Source: Polyangiaceae bacterium (GTDB lineage Bacteria; Myxococcota_A; Polyangia; Polyangiales; Polyangiaceae). From it: a stretch of 64,000 bases of DNA. The stretch covers positions 32,001-96,000 of the forward strand of contig JAPSGB010000005.1 in the NCBI GenBank assembly GCA_035063585.1, given 5' to 3'. Numbering within the stretch: the stretch's first letter is position 1; the number at the start of each line of letters is the position of its first letter. Both the position numbers and the translations under genes were made by a program. The notes below the pieces were generated by a model. The model ran no database searches and was not told the origin of the DNA. It worked only from the letters and a program-made list of their open reading frames with translations. Below are positions 41,634-53,070 of the stretch, in pieces.

Positions 41634-42140
41634 TCAGACCTCCGCCTGAGCCTTGGCGAGCTTTCGGCCCATCATGCGCTTCTTGATGGCGCTCAGTTTG
41701 TCGATCATCAGCACGCCGTTCAGGTGATCCGTCTCGTGCTGCACGGCGACCGCGAGCAGGCCCTCCGCCTCGAGCTCGAACGGCTTTCCCTTGGCGTCGA
41801 GCGCGCGAAGCTTCACGTGCGCGGCTCGCTTGATCTCCTCGCTGACGCCGGGAAACGAGAGGCAGCCCTCGTTCCACGTCTGTACGCCGTCCCGCTCGAA
41901 GATCTCGGGGTTGATGAAGACGCGGAGCTCGCTCGGCTCGTCTTCGGCGGCGATATCGATGACGAAGATGCGGAGGCTCACGCCGATCTGCGGCGCGGCC
42001 AGGCCGACCCCGGGGGCGTCGTACATGGTCTCGGCCATGTCCTCGACGAGCACTCGAATCTCGTCGGTGACTGCCTCTACCGGCTTTGCGACCTCGCGGA
42101 GCCTCGGGTCGGGGTAGTGGAGGATTTCTCGGATCGCCAT
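41634..42140 (-). CDS. def: Peptide deformylase
   Basis: GVGLAAPQ, EGCLS, QHETDHLNG. Confidence 0.97.
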   Translation of the reverse strand: MAIREILHYPDPRLREVAKPVEAVTDEIRVLVEDMAETMYDAPGVGLAAPQIGVSLRIFVIDIAAEDEPSELRVFINPEIFERDGVQTWNEGCLSFPGVSEEIKRAAHVKLRALDAKGKPFELEAEGLLAVAVQHETDHLNGVLMIDKLSAIKKRMMGRKLAKAQAEV

Positions 42141-42200
42141 GCGAGCACAGAAGACCTAACACCGGGAGTCGAGCCTCGCAACGGCCCCGCCGCGCGGAGG

Positions 42201-43328
42201 TTACGCGCCCGGGTTCGTCCGCGCCTTCTTGGCGTAGACGAGCGGACCCGTGACGTAGGCGTCCGAGCCGCAGAGCTCCCAGCGGGCCGGCTCGATGCGC
42301 GGCGCGTCGCTCGGTGACTCCGGGCCCGCCCAGTCGACCGCGCCGGGTCGCCCACGCGGCCCGAGCAGGAGCGGCGCGACGAAGACGTGCATCTCGTCCG
42401 GTAGGCCCGCGGCGAGCAGGCTGCCTGCGAGCTCCGCGCCGCCCTCGCAGATGACGCTCACCACCTCGCGCGCCGCGAGCTCGCGCAGCGCGACGCGCAT
42501 GTCGCAGCGACCTTCGGCGGTGGCGGGTACGCGGATCACGGCGACCCCGCGCTCTTCGAGCGCCTCGGCTACCGCGCGCGACGCGTCGAACGTCGTCACC
42601 ACGCAGGTGGTCGTTTGCTCGGCGCTCGCCACGAGCTGGCAATTTTGCGGAAGGCGGAGCGTGCTATCCACCACCACGCGCACCGGATTTCGGCCGGGGG
42701 CGTCCCGCACCGTGAGCCGCGGATCATCCGCGATCACCGTGTTGATGCCGACCATCACCGCGTCATGACGCGCGCGGAGCGAGTGCACTCGTGAGCGCGA
42801 CTCGGGGCAGCTAATCCAGCGGGAAGCGCCGGTGCGGGTGGCGGTACGCCCGTCGAGCGACAGCGCCAGCTTCAGCGAGAGGAACGACATCTCCTCGGTG
42901 ACGTACTTCGACCAGGCCTTGATGAGCTCACCGGCCTCCTGCTCGAGGACGCCGACCTCGACCTCGATCCCCGCCGCGAGTAGTCGCCCGATCCCGCCGC
43001 CGGTGACGTGGGGGTTCGGATCTCGGCATCCGATGAGGACGCGTCCGATCCCGGCGGCGATGATCGCGTCGACGCACGGTGCGGTGCGGCCGTGGTGATT
43101 GCACGGCTCGAGCGTCACGTACAAGGTGGCCCCGCGGGCCTGCTCGCCGGCGGCCGCGAGCGCCACGATCTCGGCATGCTCGAGCCCGGCTTCGGCGTGG
43201 AAGCCCTCTCCGAGCACGCGCTCGCGGCTTGCCACGACCGCTCCCACGTGGGGGTTCGGCGATGGATCTCCCTTGGCTCCGAGCTCGATGGCTCGGGTCA
43301 TGTGCTCGGTGTCCCGGTCGGAGATCAT
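42201..43328 (-). CDS. ribD: Riboflavin biosynthesis deaminase/reductase
   Basis: PNPHVG, HAE, TLEPCNHHGRTAPC, SLDGR, EGGAEL. Confidence 0.95.
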   Translation of the reverse strand: MISDRDTEHMTRAIELGAKGDPSPNPHVGAVVASRERVLGEGFHAEAGLEHAEIVALAAAGEQARGATLYVTLEPCNHHGRTAPCVDAIIAAGIGRVLIGCRDPNPHVTGGGIGRLLAAGIEVEVGVLEQEAGELIKAWSKYVTEEMSFLSLKLALSLDGRTATRTGASRWISCPESRSRVHSLRARHDAVMVGINTVIADDPRLTVRDAPGRNPVRVVVDSTLRLPQNCQLVASAEQTTTCVVTTFDASRAVAEALEERGVAVIRVPATAEGRCDMRVALRELAAREVVSVICEGGAELAGSLLAAGLPDEMHVFVAPLLLGPRGRPGAVDWAGPESPSDAPRIEPARWELCGSDAYVTGPLVYAKKARTNPGA

Positions 43329-43813
43329 GCGCCCTCGCCGCCGTCCGGGGGCGGCTCCGACTTGCGCCTCACGAGCTTGCCCATCTCGGTCATGAATTCG
43401 TCGATGTCGCGGAAGGAGCGGTAAACGCTCGCGAAACGGACGTATGCCACGTCGTCGAGCTTTCTCAAGCGCAGCATCACCCGCTCGCCGATCACCCGTG
43501 AAGTGATCTCCTTCACGCCGCTCTCCGCGAGCTCCCTCTCGATCTCGGTCACTTGCTCCTCGAGCGTGTCGGCGTCTACCGAGCGCTTGTTGCAGGCGAT
43601 GCGGAGGCTGGCGAGGACCTTGGCGCGATCGAACGGCACGCGCTGGCCGTTGCGCTTCACGACCGCGGGCAGGGAGTACTCGATGCGCTCGTAGGTGGTG
43701 AAGCGATGCTTGCAAGCGTCGCACTCGCGGCGCCGCCAGGTGGTGGTGCCGCCGGCGACCAGCCGGGAGTCGACCACTCGGCTGTCCATTTCACCGCATA
43801 CGGGGCACTGCAT
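43325..43813 (-). CDS. nrdR: Transcriptional repressor NrdR
   Basis: CPVC..RRREC..C..RFTTYE zinc ribbon, ATP cone, VAYVRFASVY. Confidence 0.97.
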   Translation of the reverse strand: MQCPVCGEMDSRVVDSRLVAGGTTTWRRRECDACKHRFTTYERIEYSLPAVVKRNGQRVPFDRAKVLASLRIACNKRSVDADTLEEQVTEIERELAESGVKEITSRVIGERVMLRLRKLDDVAYVRFASVYRSFRDIDEFMTEMGKLVRRKSEPPPDGGEGA

Positions 43814-43844
43814 CGGCGGACCTCACGGGCGCATGCCGCCCCTA

Positions 43845-45092
<1,248 letters not shown>

Positions 45093-45147
45093 GTGAAGCG
45101 GCCAGGCGAGGCGGCGGGGCTCGGCCCAGCGCCGCCTCGGTCGTGAC

Positions 45148-45393
45148 TCACCCGCCGGCGGCGTGCTTCTCGATGTAGTCGATGGCGTCCTGGACGCTGC
45201 GGATCTTCTCGGTGTCCTCGTCGGGGATGTCGATCTCGAACGCCTCCTCGAAGGCCAGCACGAGCTCGACCAGGCCGAGCGAATCGGCGCCCAGATCCTC
45301 GATGAACGTGGACTCCGGCTTGATGTCCTTCTCGTCGACGTCGAGCTGCTCCTTGATGATGCGCTTGACCTCGGCCTCGATCTTCTCACTCAT
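45148..45393 (-). CDS. acpP: Acyl carrier protein
   Basis: DLGADSL, acidic 81-aa protein. Confidence 0.97.
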   Translation of the reverse strand: MSEKIEAEVKRIIKEQLDVDEKDIKPESTFIEDLGADSLGLVELVLAFEEAFEIDIPDEDTEKIRSVQDAIDYIEKHAAGG

Positions 45394-45473
45394 GGTGCCT
45401 CCGCGGGGCTCTATAACCGTTCGCGCCCCGATTCAAAGTGGTTTTCCGCCCTAGTCTAGAAGCGAGTGCTTCA

Positions 45474-46220
45474 TCACATGTACATTCCGCCGTTTACGCG
45501 GAGCGCGTGTCCCGTGATGCTGGATGCCTCGTCCGAGGCCAAGAACACCGCCGCCGCCGCCACCTCGGCCGCGGTCGAGGGGCGGCCGAGCGGGACCACC
45601 GAGAGCATGGCCTCCCGCTGCTCGTCAGTGAGCGCGGCGGTCATGTCGGTGTCCACGTAGCCCGGCGTGATGGCGTTCACCGTCACGCCGCGCCCGGCGT
45701 ACTCGCGCGCGAGCGTCTTCGTGACTCCGAGCAGGCCAGCCTTGGTGGCTGCGTAGGCGACCTGCCCCGCGTTGCCCATCTCGCCGACCACGCTCGAGAG
45801 GAAGATGATGCGCCCGCGCTTGGCGCGCATCATGACTCGCATGGCCGCGCGCGCGCACGCGATGGCGCCCTTCAGGTTCACCGCGAGGGTGCGCTCGAGA
45901 TCATCGTCCTTCAAGCGCACGAGCAGGCCGTCGAGCGAGATCCCCGCGCTCGCGACCAGGATGTCGAGGCGCCCGAGCCGCTTGGCGAGTTCCGCGATGG
46001 CCGCCTCGCTGGTCGCGGTGTCGGCGACGTCGAATCTTGCCGTCTCGGCCTTGCCGCCTGCGCTCGCGATGGTGTCCGCCACGGCCTTCGCCGCGGCCTC
46101 GTTCGAGACGTAGTTCACGACCACGGTCGCGCCGCGCGCCGCCAGCGCCTCCGCGGTGGCGCGCCCGATGCCCCGCGAGCCTCCCGTCACGATCGCCACT
46201 TTTCCGTCGAGATCGAACAT
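45474..46220 (-). CDS. fabG: 3-oxoacyl-ACP reductase
   Basis: TGGSRGIG, GNAGQVAYAATK, VNGGMYM. Confidence 0.95.
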   Translation of the reverse strand: MFDLDGKVAIVTGGSRGIGRATAEALAARGATVVVNYVSNEAAAKAVADTIASAGGKAETARFDVADTATSEAAIAELAKRLGRLDILVASAGISLDGLLVRLKDDDLERTLAVNLKGAIACARAAMRVMMRAKRGRIIFLSSVVGEMGNAGQVAYAATKAGLLGVTKTLAREYAGRGVTVNAITPGYVDTDMTAALTDEQREAMLSVVPLGRPSTAAEVAAAAVFLASDEASSITGHALRVNGGMYM

Positions 46221-46355
46221 GGTCCAAGCCCGCTCGCTCTTGGGCGGGCGCGCCGTGTTTACCACGCCGCCGCGCGAGGGAAGCCTGAAAGATCGCGCCG
46301 GTGGCTCACGCGGCCGCGTAAGCGGCTTCGCAATCGCCGGGGTCTGGAGGTCGGC

Positions 46356-46499
46356 CCGGCGCGGCCGGCGGCGCGCCTCGCGCCGTCGGGCCCGCGGCGA
46401 ATGCGCGGCAAATGCGCGATGTTGTGCGGTCTACGCGGGGGCCGGGCGCGCGCCGCGGCGCGAGCGCGGGCCGCGCCGCCGGCCGCGCCGGCTCGGCAC
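46356..46499. repeat. Inverted pair of the dispersed intergenic motif
   Basis: CCGGCGCGGCCGGCGGCGC (46356-46374) and its exact reverse complement (46473-46491), in the fabH-fabG gap. Confidence 0.65.
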
Positions 46500-46578
46500 C
46501 CGAGCGGGGTCTGCGCGAGCACCGCGCGAGGCGGCTCGCTCTCGCGCGCGGAGGGGGACCGCGAGCCTGCGCGCGCGG

Positions 46579-47577
46579 TCAGGCCTCGACCAGCGCGCTG
46601 GCCCACGAGATCCCTGCGCCGAGCGCGCACATCAACACCTTGTGTCCCGGCCGGATACGGCCGTCGCGCACCGCCTCGTCGAGCGCGATCGGGATCGAGG
46701 CGCTCGAGGTGTTCCCGTAGCGATCGATGTTGAGCACGAAGCGCTCGAGCGGAATGTCGAGGCGCGCGGCGACCTGGTTGATGATGCGGAGGTTCGCCTG
46801 ATGCGGGACGACCCAGTCGACCTGCCCGGGCTCGAGCGCGGCGTCGGCGAGCGCCTCGCGGCTCGCGCTGGTGAGGTTCTTCACCGCGACCTTGAAGATG
46901 TCCTGCCCGACCATGTGCACCTTGTCGCGCGCCTGCGCGAGCGAGTCGGCGGTGACCGGCTCCTTGCTGCCACCAGCCGGGATGCAGAGCGACTCGGCCC
47001 AGGTGGAGTCGGTGTGGAGCCGCGTGGAGAGCACGCGCCCGGTGTTTGCGCTGGACGGCGTGAGCACGGCCGCGCCCGCGCCGTCCCCGAAGAGCACGCA
47101 GGTGGCGCGATCGTTCCAGTTCAGCACGCGTGACAGGAGCTCGACGCCGACCACCAGCACGTTCCGGTGCATCCCGGTCTTGATGAATTGATCACCGATC
47201 GAGAGCGCGTAGACGAAGCCGGCGCAGGCGGCGGCGACGTCGAAGGCGGGGATCCCGGTGACGCCGAGCTTCTTCTGCAGGAAGGCCGCGCAGGCGGGGA
47301 GCGGCATATCGGCGCTGATGGTCCCCACCACGATCATGTCGAGCTCGTTCGCCGCGACGCCGGCCGCCTCGAGCGCGCGCTTCGCCGCCTCGAACGCCAT
47401 GTCGCTCGCCGTCTCGCCCTCGGCCGCGACGTGCCGCTGCTTGATCCCGGTGCGCTCGGTGATCCACGCGTCCGAAGTGTCGACGAGCTGCTCGAGCTCG
47501 AAGTTCGTCACGATTCTGTCAGGCGCGTACGCTCCGGTACCGGCGATGCGGCTCCCGGCGCGGTCCGTCGTCGTCAT
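46579..47577 (-). CDS. fabH: Beta-ketoacyl-ACP synthase III
   Basis: AACAGF, FGDGAGA, PHQAN, GNTSSAS. Confidence 0.96.
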   Translation of the reverse strand: MTTTDRAGSRIAGTGAYAPDRIVTNFELEQLVDTSDAWITERTGIKQRHVAAEGETASDMAFEAAKRALEAAGVAANELDMIVVGTISADMPLPACAAFLQKKLGVTGIPAFDVAAACAGFVYALSIGDQFIKTGMHRNVLVVGVELLSRVLNWNDRATCVLFGDGAGAAVLTPSSANTGRVLSTRLHTDSTWAESLCIPAGGSKEPVTADSLAQARDKVHMVGQDIFKVAVKNLTSASREALADAALEPGQVDWVVPHQANLRIINQVAARLDIPLERFVLNIDRYGNTSSASIPIALDEAVRDGRIRPGHKVLMCALGAGISWASALVEA

Positions 47578-47744
47578 GCGACCGTCGTACGATCGCCCGC
47601 GGGTCCCGTCATTACAAATGGTTGAACCAGCTCTCCGCGCCCGTTCAGCGGAAAGCGCCGCGCCCGCCCGTCAAATGCGAAATACTTTACGCGCCTGCGG
47701 CGTGCGAAATGCGGTCGGCATCCGCCGCCGTGAGGGGCAGGCCC

Positions 47745-47933
47745 TCAGTCTTCCGTCGTCGGCTTGATGATGGCGCGGCCCTTGTAGAAGCCGCACGACG
47801 GGCAGACTCGGTGGCCGATCGTGGGGGCCGAGCAGTTCGGGCAGGGGATCACGTTCGGCGCCGTGACCTTGTCGTGCTGGGCGCGGCGCATATTGCGCTT
47901 GCTGCTGGACTTACGGCGCTTCGGGACTGCCAC
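47745..47933 (-). CDS. rpmF: 50S ribosomal protein L32
   Basis: MAVPKRRKS...CPNC...HRVCPSCGFY. Confidence 0.97.
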   Translation of the reverse strand: MAVPKRRKSSSKRNMRRAQHDKVTAPNVIPCPNCSAPTIGHRVCPSCGFYKGRAIIKPTTED

Positions 47934-47938
47934 GGGAC

Positions 47939-48592
47939 CTACTCCTTCTTCTGACGCAGGCGGCTCGCGATGGCCGCGAGCGGCGCGAGCCGCGGATCGA
48001 TGGGGGGCGGCTCCTCGGAGGGCGGAGCGATAGCGGGCTTTACCTCGGAAGGCAAGCCTGAACCGCGCACCGTCATCGGGAGCTCGAGCAAGAGAAACTC
48101 GCGCGCGAAGTCATCGAGGACGACTCGCTCGCCGCCATAGGTGTCTCGCGAGGCGTCTTCCTCCGTGAGCTCCGGATCTTCGCTCCATCCGCCAGGTTTC
48201 CCGGTCTTCGCGGCCGGGTCCGCGGCACCGCTCTTGGCGCGGGCGTGGGCGGCGCCCGCCCCGGCGCGGCCCGACCGCCCCCCGCCGCGGTGAGCCCGCG
48301 CCGCGGGCTCCGGCGCCGGCGCGAGGAGCAGGGTGAGCTCCGGCGCGAGCGCGATCGACACGGGCTCGAGGGTGAGCGAGTCCGGCAGGGTGACCGTGGC
48401 CCGGATCGCTCCTTGGACGACGACCTCGCGGCCGCTCAGGGTGAGCGTCGCGTCGAGCTCGCCGCTCCCGGCCGGCTGCGCGTCCGTCCCGGCGAACGCC
48501 GCTCGCAGCCAGCCTTCGGGGAGCGGCCATACGACCCGCTTCGGGCCGTGCTCCAGATCGGCGATAGGGACGACGAATTCCGGTCTCGACAT
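47939..48592 (-). CDS. yceD: YceD/DUF177 family protein
   Basis: Directly upstream of rpmF; REFLLLELPM, IDPRLAPL; lacks the usual CxRC cysteines. Confidence 0.8.
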   Translation of the reverse strand: MSRPEFVVPIADLEHGPKRVVWPLPEGWLRAAFAGTDAQPAGSGELDATLTLSGREVVVQGAIRATVTLPDSLTLEPVSIALAPELTLLLAPAPEPAARAHRGGGRSGRAGAGAAHARAKSGAADPAAKTGKPGGWSEDPELTEEDASRDTYGGERVVLDDFAREFLLLELPMTVRGSGLPSEVKPAIAPPSEEPPPIDPRLAPLAAIASRLRQKKE

Positions 48593-48692
48593 GGCAGGCG
48601 CGCGCGATCCTTAGCCTCCCGCCCGGCGCTCGGCAAATCACCGGCGGGTCCTTGGCCCCGCCGGGCGCGGTGGTCTAGCGTCACGCTCAGCG

Positions 48693-50054
48693 ATGTGGGC
48701 GAGGCTCCGCGACGACACCGGCTGGCGGCGCGCGGCGCTCGCGCTCGGGCTCTACCTCCTCACGACGAGCGTGTATTTCGCCTGCGCGGCGCGAAACACC
48801 CTGACCGCGCACACGCCCTGGAATCACTTCGCGCTGCTCGCCGACGCGTGGCTCCACGGGCGGCTCGACCTCGGCCATCCGCCGCCGGCCTACGCCGGGA
48901 ACAATGATTTTGCGAGCTATCAGGGGCGCTGGTACGTCACGTTCCCGCCCTTTCCGAGCGTGCTGCTCCTGCCCGCGGTCGCAGTCGCCGGCTCCGCCGA
49001 GCGGGTGCGCGACGGGCAGATCTTCCTCTGGCTCGCCGGGGTGGGGCCCGCGATGCTGTTCCTCGCGCTCGAGCGCCTGCGCTTCACCGGGCGCGGCGGG
49101 CGCTCGACCCGAGGCAACCTGGCGCTCGCGCTCCTCTTCGCGTTCGGCACCGTCTATTTCTTCACGGCCGAGCAGGGCACGGTCTGGTTCTCCGCGCACG
49201 TGGTCGCGGTCGCGCTCGCCGCGCTCTACCTCTGGGCCGCGCTCGACGCGGCGCACCCGCTGGTGGCCGGCGTCGCGCTCGGGCTCGGGTTCGCGACTCG
49301 CTCGCCCTTGCTCTTCGCCGCGCCCCTCTTCATCTTCGAGTCGCTCCGCGTCGCCTTGCGCTCGCCCGAGGCGATGGCTGGCGAGGTGCGGCGGAGCGGC
49401 GAGCGCACCGAGCTTCATCGCTGGTGGCGTCGCCTCGACCATGGGCGCGTCTTCCGGGCGTGGCTCTGGTTCGCGCTGCCCGTCGCGCTCGTGCTTGGCG
49501 CGACGCTCTGGCACAACGCGGCGCGCTTCGGCGATCCGTTCGAGTTCGGTTATCGCTTCCTCACCGTCGGATGGCGGGGGCGAATCGAGAAATACGGCCT
49601 CTTCGACTACCACTTCCTCGCCAAGAACCTCGGGGTCGTGCTGACCAGCCTCCCGTATCGGCTCGAGCCGCCCGAGCCCGCGCCGTTTCAGATCAACGCG
49701 CACGGGCTCGCGCTCTGGGTGACGACCCCGCTCTATCTCTGGCTCCTGTGGCCGCGCCGCTTCGCGAGCCTCTCCCTCGCGCTCTGGGTCACCGTCGCGG
49801 CGGTCGCCGTGCCGACCCTCTTCTATCAGAATACCGGCTGGGTGCAGTTCGGCTATCGCTTCTCGAACGACTACGCGGTGTTCCTGTTCGCGCTCCTCGC
49901 CCTCGGCGGGCGGCGCTTCGGCGCGCTCTTCACGAGTGCCGCGGTGTGGTCGGTCGCCATCAACGCGTTCGGAGCGGTGAGCTTCAACCGCGCCGGCTTC
50001 GCGCGGTTCTATTTCCAGGACCACACCCAGCGCGAGCTCTACCAGCGCGACTGA
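48693..50054 (+). CDS. Polytopic membrane protein, possible GT-C glycosyltransferase
   Basis: About 10 hydrophobic helices; first-loop LADAWLHGRLDL...ND, YVTFPPFP, GDPFEFGY, FGYRFSND. Confidence 0.55.
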   Translation: MWARLRDDTGWRRAALALGLYLLTTSVYFACAARNTLTAHTPWNHFALLADAWLHGRLDLGHPPPAYAGNNDFASYQGRWYVTFPPFPSVLLLPAVAVAGSAERVRDGQIFLWLAGVGPAMLFLALERLRFTGRGGRSTRGNLALALLFAFGTVYFFTAEQGTVWFSAHVVAVALAALYLWAALDAAHPLVAGVALGLGFATRSPLLFAAPLFIFESLRVALRSPEAMAGEVRRSGERTELHRWWRRLDHGRVFRAWLWFALPVALVLGATLWHNAARFGDPFEFGYRFLTVGWRGRIEKYGLFDYHFLAKNLGVVLTSLPYRLEPPEPAPFQINAHGLALWVTTPLYLWLLWPRRFASLSLALWVTVAAVAVPTLFYQNTGWVQFGYRFSNDYAVFLFALLALGGRRFGALFTSAAVWSVAINAFGAVSFNRAGFARFYFQDHTQRELYQRD

Positions 50055-50082
50055 CCGCTTCCGCGCGGCGCTCGGTCGCGGC

Positions 50083-50547
50083 TCACTTGCCGCTGAAGCC
50101 CTGGACCCAGCGCGCGAGTTCCTTCGCGTTCGCTTCCATCTGCTCCTTGGAGCCGCCGGCCTCGAGGAGGTAGATGTGCGAGTCGGTCACGAAGATGGTC
50201 ACCGTGTATAGATGCGGCTTCTGCGCCTCGTCGTGTCCGAAGCGCAGCTCGACCCCGGTGAGCCCTTGCGCGTTCTTCACGTCCCGGCGCCCGAGGAGGG
50301 CGTATCCCCCGCGCTGCCTCAGGCTGTTCTCGATGGCGCGCGTCCAGAACTCGAGCGGGCCCTTGGGTTCGTTGGCGATGTCGCGGACCGCGACCACCAG
50401 CCCGTCCGCCGTGGTCGCGCGCCAGTCGTAGCCGTAAGATTCCTGGTCCTCGAGCTCGACGAAGCCCGGCGGCGTCGCGGTCTGGAAGGCGTGGCCGCAG
50501 CCAGCCAGGAGCCACGCTAAGAGTATCGGCGAGAGGTAGCGTCGCAT
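50083..50547 (-). CDS. Lipoprotein of unknown function
   Basis: Lipobox LLAGC; co-oriented directly after the DUF4349 gene. Confidence 0.7.
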   Translation of the reverse strand: MRRYLSPILLAWLLAGCGHAFQTATPPGFVELEDQESYGYDWRATTADGLVVAVRDIANEPKGPLEFWTRAIENSLRQRGGYALLGRRDVKNAQGLTGVELRFGHDEAQKPHLYTVTIFVTDSHIYLLEAGGSKEQMEANAKELARWVQGFSGK

Positions 50548-50555
50548 GGTGGTCC

Positions 50556-51509
50556 TCACAGGCTGAGCAGCCTCCCGAGCCCGAGATCACCGAGCCAGGG
50601 GAAGGGAAGGTGCACCGACGAGCCGAGGTGGTCGCTCGGCTTCGCCTCGAACGACACGGTGATGGTCGAGAACGCGACCAGCTCGCGCAGGAGCTTGAGT
50701 TGCCCCTTCATCCGCTCGATGACCTCGGTGACGCGCGCGAGCTCCCGCTCGACCTCGAGGGCGTCCTTCACGGCGTTCGCCTTGGCGAGCAACTGCTCGA
50801 GGCGTTCCCGCACGACCTCGGCGTTGCGGAGGCGAATGGCGAGATCGGTGTACTTGGCGGTGACGTCCTCGACGCTCACGTCGCGCTGCAGGACGTCACC
50901 GATCTTCATGATCGCCTCGAGGGAGCCTTGAAAGCGCCCGGCCGGGATGCGTACGGTGATGCTGGTGTCGTCGCGCCGCACCAGGTAGCCGCCCGCGTCG
51001 CGCGCGAGTTGCTCGGTCGCGTCGAGGGCCTTGCGGGCCTCGTAGACCCCCATCCGCAGGTTCGCGGTGTAGACCAGCATGGGCGCGACCACGGCGCCCG
51101 CGCTCGCACCCTGGGCGGCCTCGACGTTCGCGCCGGGGCTCGGCGGGGTCGCGTCCGTCCCGGTCGGGCTCGGGGCCGGGGGCGTGGGAGCGGTCCCGGT
51201 GGCGGCGCCTCCGGTCTCCGCTCGCGCCCGCGCGGACTGCGCCACCATTTGCTTGGCTGGGGGCGCGGCCGCGCTCTCGTCGAAGAGCGCGACGTCTTCC
51301 GCGTCGCTGGCTTCGGCGGTCGTCGTCGCTGGCTCCGGCGAGGGGTACCCGGCGGCTGGCGGCGCCACGGGCATCGGCCGCGCGGCGCCATCCGCATACA
51401 TCGCGCCGCCGCCGCAGCCGCCGAGCGCGAGCAGGGTCAGCGCGCCCGCGGCCATCGTGGAGAGCCGAACCGCTACGTTCATGAGACCTCTCACCGCCGA
51501 ACGCCCCAT
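50556..51509 (-). CDS. DUF4349-domain lipoprotein
   Basis: LGGC lipobox, low-complexity linker, ITVRIPA, EDVTAKYTD, coiled coil, FSTITV; start may be 51482. Confidence 0.8.
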   Translation of the reverse strand: MGRSAVRGLMNVAVRLSTMAAGALTLLALGGCGGGAMYADGAARPMPVAPPAAGYPSPEPATTTAEASDAEDVALFDESAAAPPAKQMVAQSARARAETGGAATGTAPTPPAPSPTGTDATPPSPGANVEAAQGASAGAVVAPMLVYTANLRMGVYEARKALDATEQLARDAGGYLVRRDDTSITVRIPAGRFQGSLEAIMKIGDVLQRDVSVEDVTAKYTDLAIRLRNAEVVRERLEQLLAKANAVKDALEVERELARVTEVIERMKGQLKLLRELVAFSTITVSFEAKPSDHLGSSVHLPFPWLGDLGLGRLLSL

Positions 51510-51554
51510 CCGGCCGATTCTTACACTAGACGCCCTTCGTCCACCACGGGTCCG

Positions 51555-52355
51555 TCACTTCTTTCCCGGGGGGCGCGGCAGCCGGCGCACCGTGATCCGG
51601 GTGATCGCGGGCGGCTTTACCGCGCGATCGCCGGCCACCTCGACCGCGGCGAGCTTCTCGATGACCGCGTCCGGCTCGCACTTTCCGAAGATGGTGTACC
51701 CGCGGTCGAGGTGCGGCGCGGGCCCGTCGAGGATGAAGAACTGCTGACCGTTGGTGTTCGGTCCGCGATTCGCCATGCAGAGGAGGCCGCGCTGGTCGTG
51801 GCGGGCACCCGGCCACACCTCGTCCGGGATGACGTAGCCCGGCCCGCCCGAGCCGTTTCCGGACGGATCGCCGCCCTGGATCATGAAGCCCTTGACGACG
51901 CGGTGGAAGGTCGTCCCGTCGTAGGCTGGCTTCTTCATCCATTTGCCATCGGGGCCCTTCCACGGGCGGAGGCCGCGCGCGAGGCCGACGAAGTTTGCCA
52001 CCGTGACCGGGGCGCGATCATCGTATAGCGAGCACTTGAGTGTCCCGAGGCTGGTGCGGATGGTCGCCTCGAGCGGTCCGCTGCCTGCGAGCCCGCGCGT
52101 CGCGTCGTCGAGGCTGAACTCGCCGTGCAGCGGGTCGTCGGGGCTCGGCTTCACCTTGGCGACCGGCGTCGCTGCGGGCGTCGCGCTCGCGACGGGGTTC
52201 GCGCCGTTGGTCACGGCGCTCGCGCTCGCAGCGGGCGTGGGCGCGGGCGCCGGCGTGGGCTCTCGCTCGACCCGCGACTCGGGCTCGGGCGGCGCGCTCT
52301 GGCACGCGCTCACGGCGGCCAACGCGACGAACAAACAAAAACGATCGGCTCTCAT
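51555..52355 (-). CDS. Cyclophilin-type peptidyl-prolyl isomerase, lipoprotein
   Basis: VSAC lipobox; APVTVANF, FHRVVKGFMIQGGDP, MANRGPNTNGQQFFI. Confidence 0.93.
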   Translation of the reverse strand: MRADRFCLFVALAAVSACQSAPPEPESRVEREPTPAPAPTPAASASAVTNGANPVASATPAATPVAKVKPSPDDPLHGEFSLDDATRGLAGSGPLEATIRTSLGTLKCSLYDDRAPVTVANFVGLARGLRPWKGPDGKWMKKPAYDGTTFHRVVKGFMIQGGDPSGNGSGGPGYVIPDEVWPGARHDQRGLLCMANRGPNTNGQQFFILDGPAPHLDRGYTIFGKCEPDAVIEKLAAVEVAGDRAVKPPAITRITVRRLPRPPGKK

Positions 52356-52981
52356 GGTTCGAACTCCACTCGTTGTCCGGCCTGGATCCCGTGCGCCCGC
52401 GCGTAGCCGGCGCCAAGCTCGAGCACGTGCGCGACCGGGCACGGGATCGTGCGCGAGTCGTCGTTCAGCGTGGGCACCTGCTCGAGCACGCCCGCGATGG
52501 TGCCATCCTTGGCGATGAACAGCATGTCGAGCGGGAGGCAGGTGTCATGCATCCAGAAGGTCCGCACCTCTTCCGTGTCCCAGGAGAAGAGCATGCCCTC
52601 GTCCTCCGGCATGCGGGTGCGATACATGAGACCTCGCTCGCGCGACTCGGGCGTGCGCGCGAGCTCGACCGCGACCCGCGGCGCCCCGCTCGCCTCGCGG
52701 AAGGTGACGTAGCCGCGCGGCAGCTCGCCCGGACCTCCCGGATCGGGCGGGCAACGAGCCGCCTTCGCGGCCGTGGGCGGAGGGTTCGTCGGCGTCGGGA
52801 CCACGCATCGCGCGAGGCTCGGGGGCCGGTCTGGTTTGGGCGGTGCGGCCGGCGCCGGGCTCGCCGATGCGGAGCTCACCGTGACTACTGATTCGGCCGG
52901 GCGAGTGGTCTCGGGCTCCGGTGTGCGACCGCAGGCGGCGAGCCCCACCGAGAGAGCGAGCCATCCAGCGCCGCGCGGCAT
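52352..52981 (-). CDS. DUF192-domain lipoprotein
   Basis: LAAC lipobox; VELA...RERGLMYR, GMLF, FWMHDT.LPLDMLF, VLELGAG. Confidence 0.88.
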   Translation of the reverse strand: MPRGAGWLALSVGLAACGRTPEPETTRPAESVVTVSSASASPAPAAPPKPDRPPSLARCVVPTPTNPPPTAAKAARCPPDPGGPGELPRGYVTFREASGAPRVAVELARTPESRERGLMYRTRMPEDEGMLFSWDTEEVRTFWMHDTCLPLDMLFIAKDGTIAGVLEQVPTLNDDSRTIPCPVAHVLELGAGYARAHGIQAGQRVEFEP

Positions 52982-53070
52982 GAGGCCCGTATAGCGCGAC
53001 TCTCGCCAGCCTCCCACACCATGTAGGGGGAGGTGTGGCGAGATCGGGCGCGGTCGATTAGAGTGCGGGC

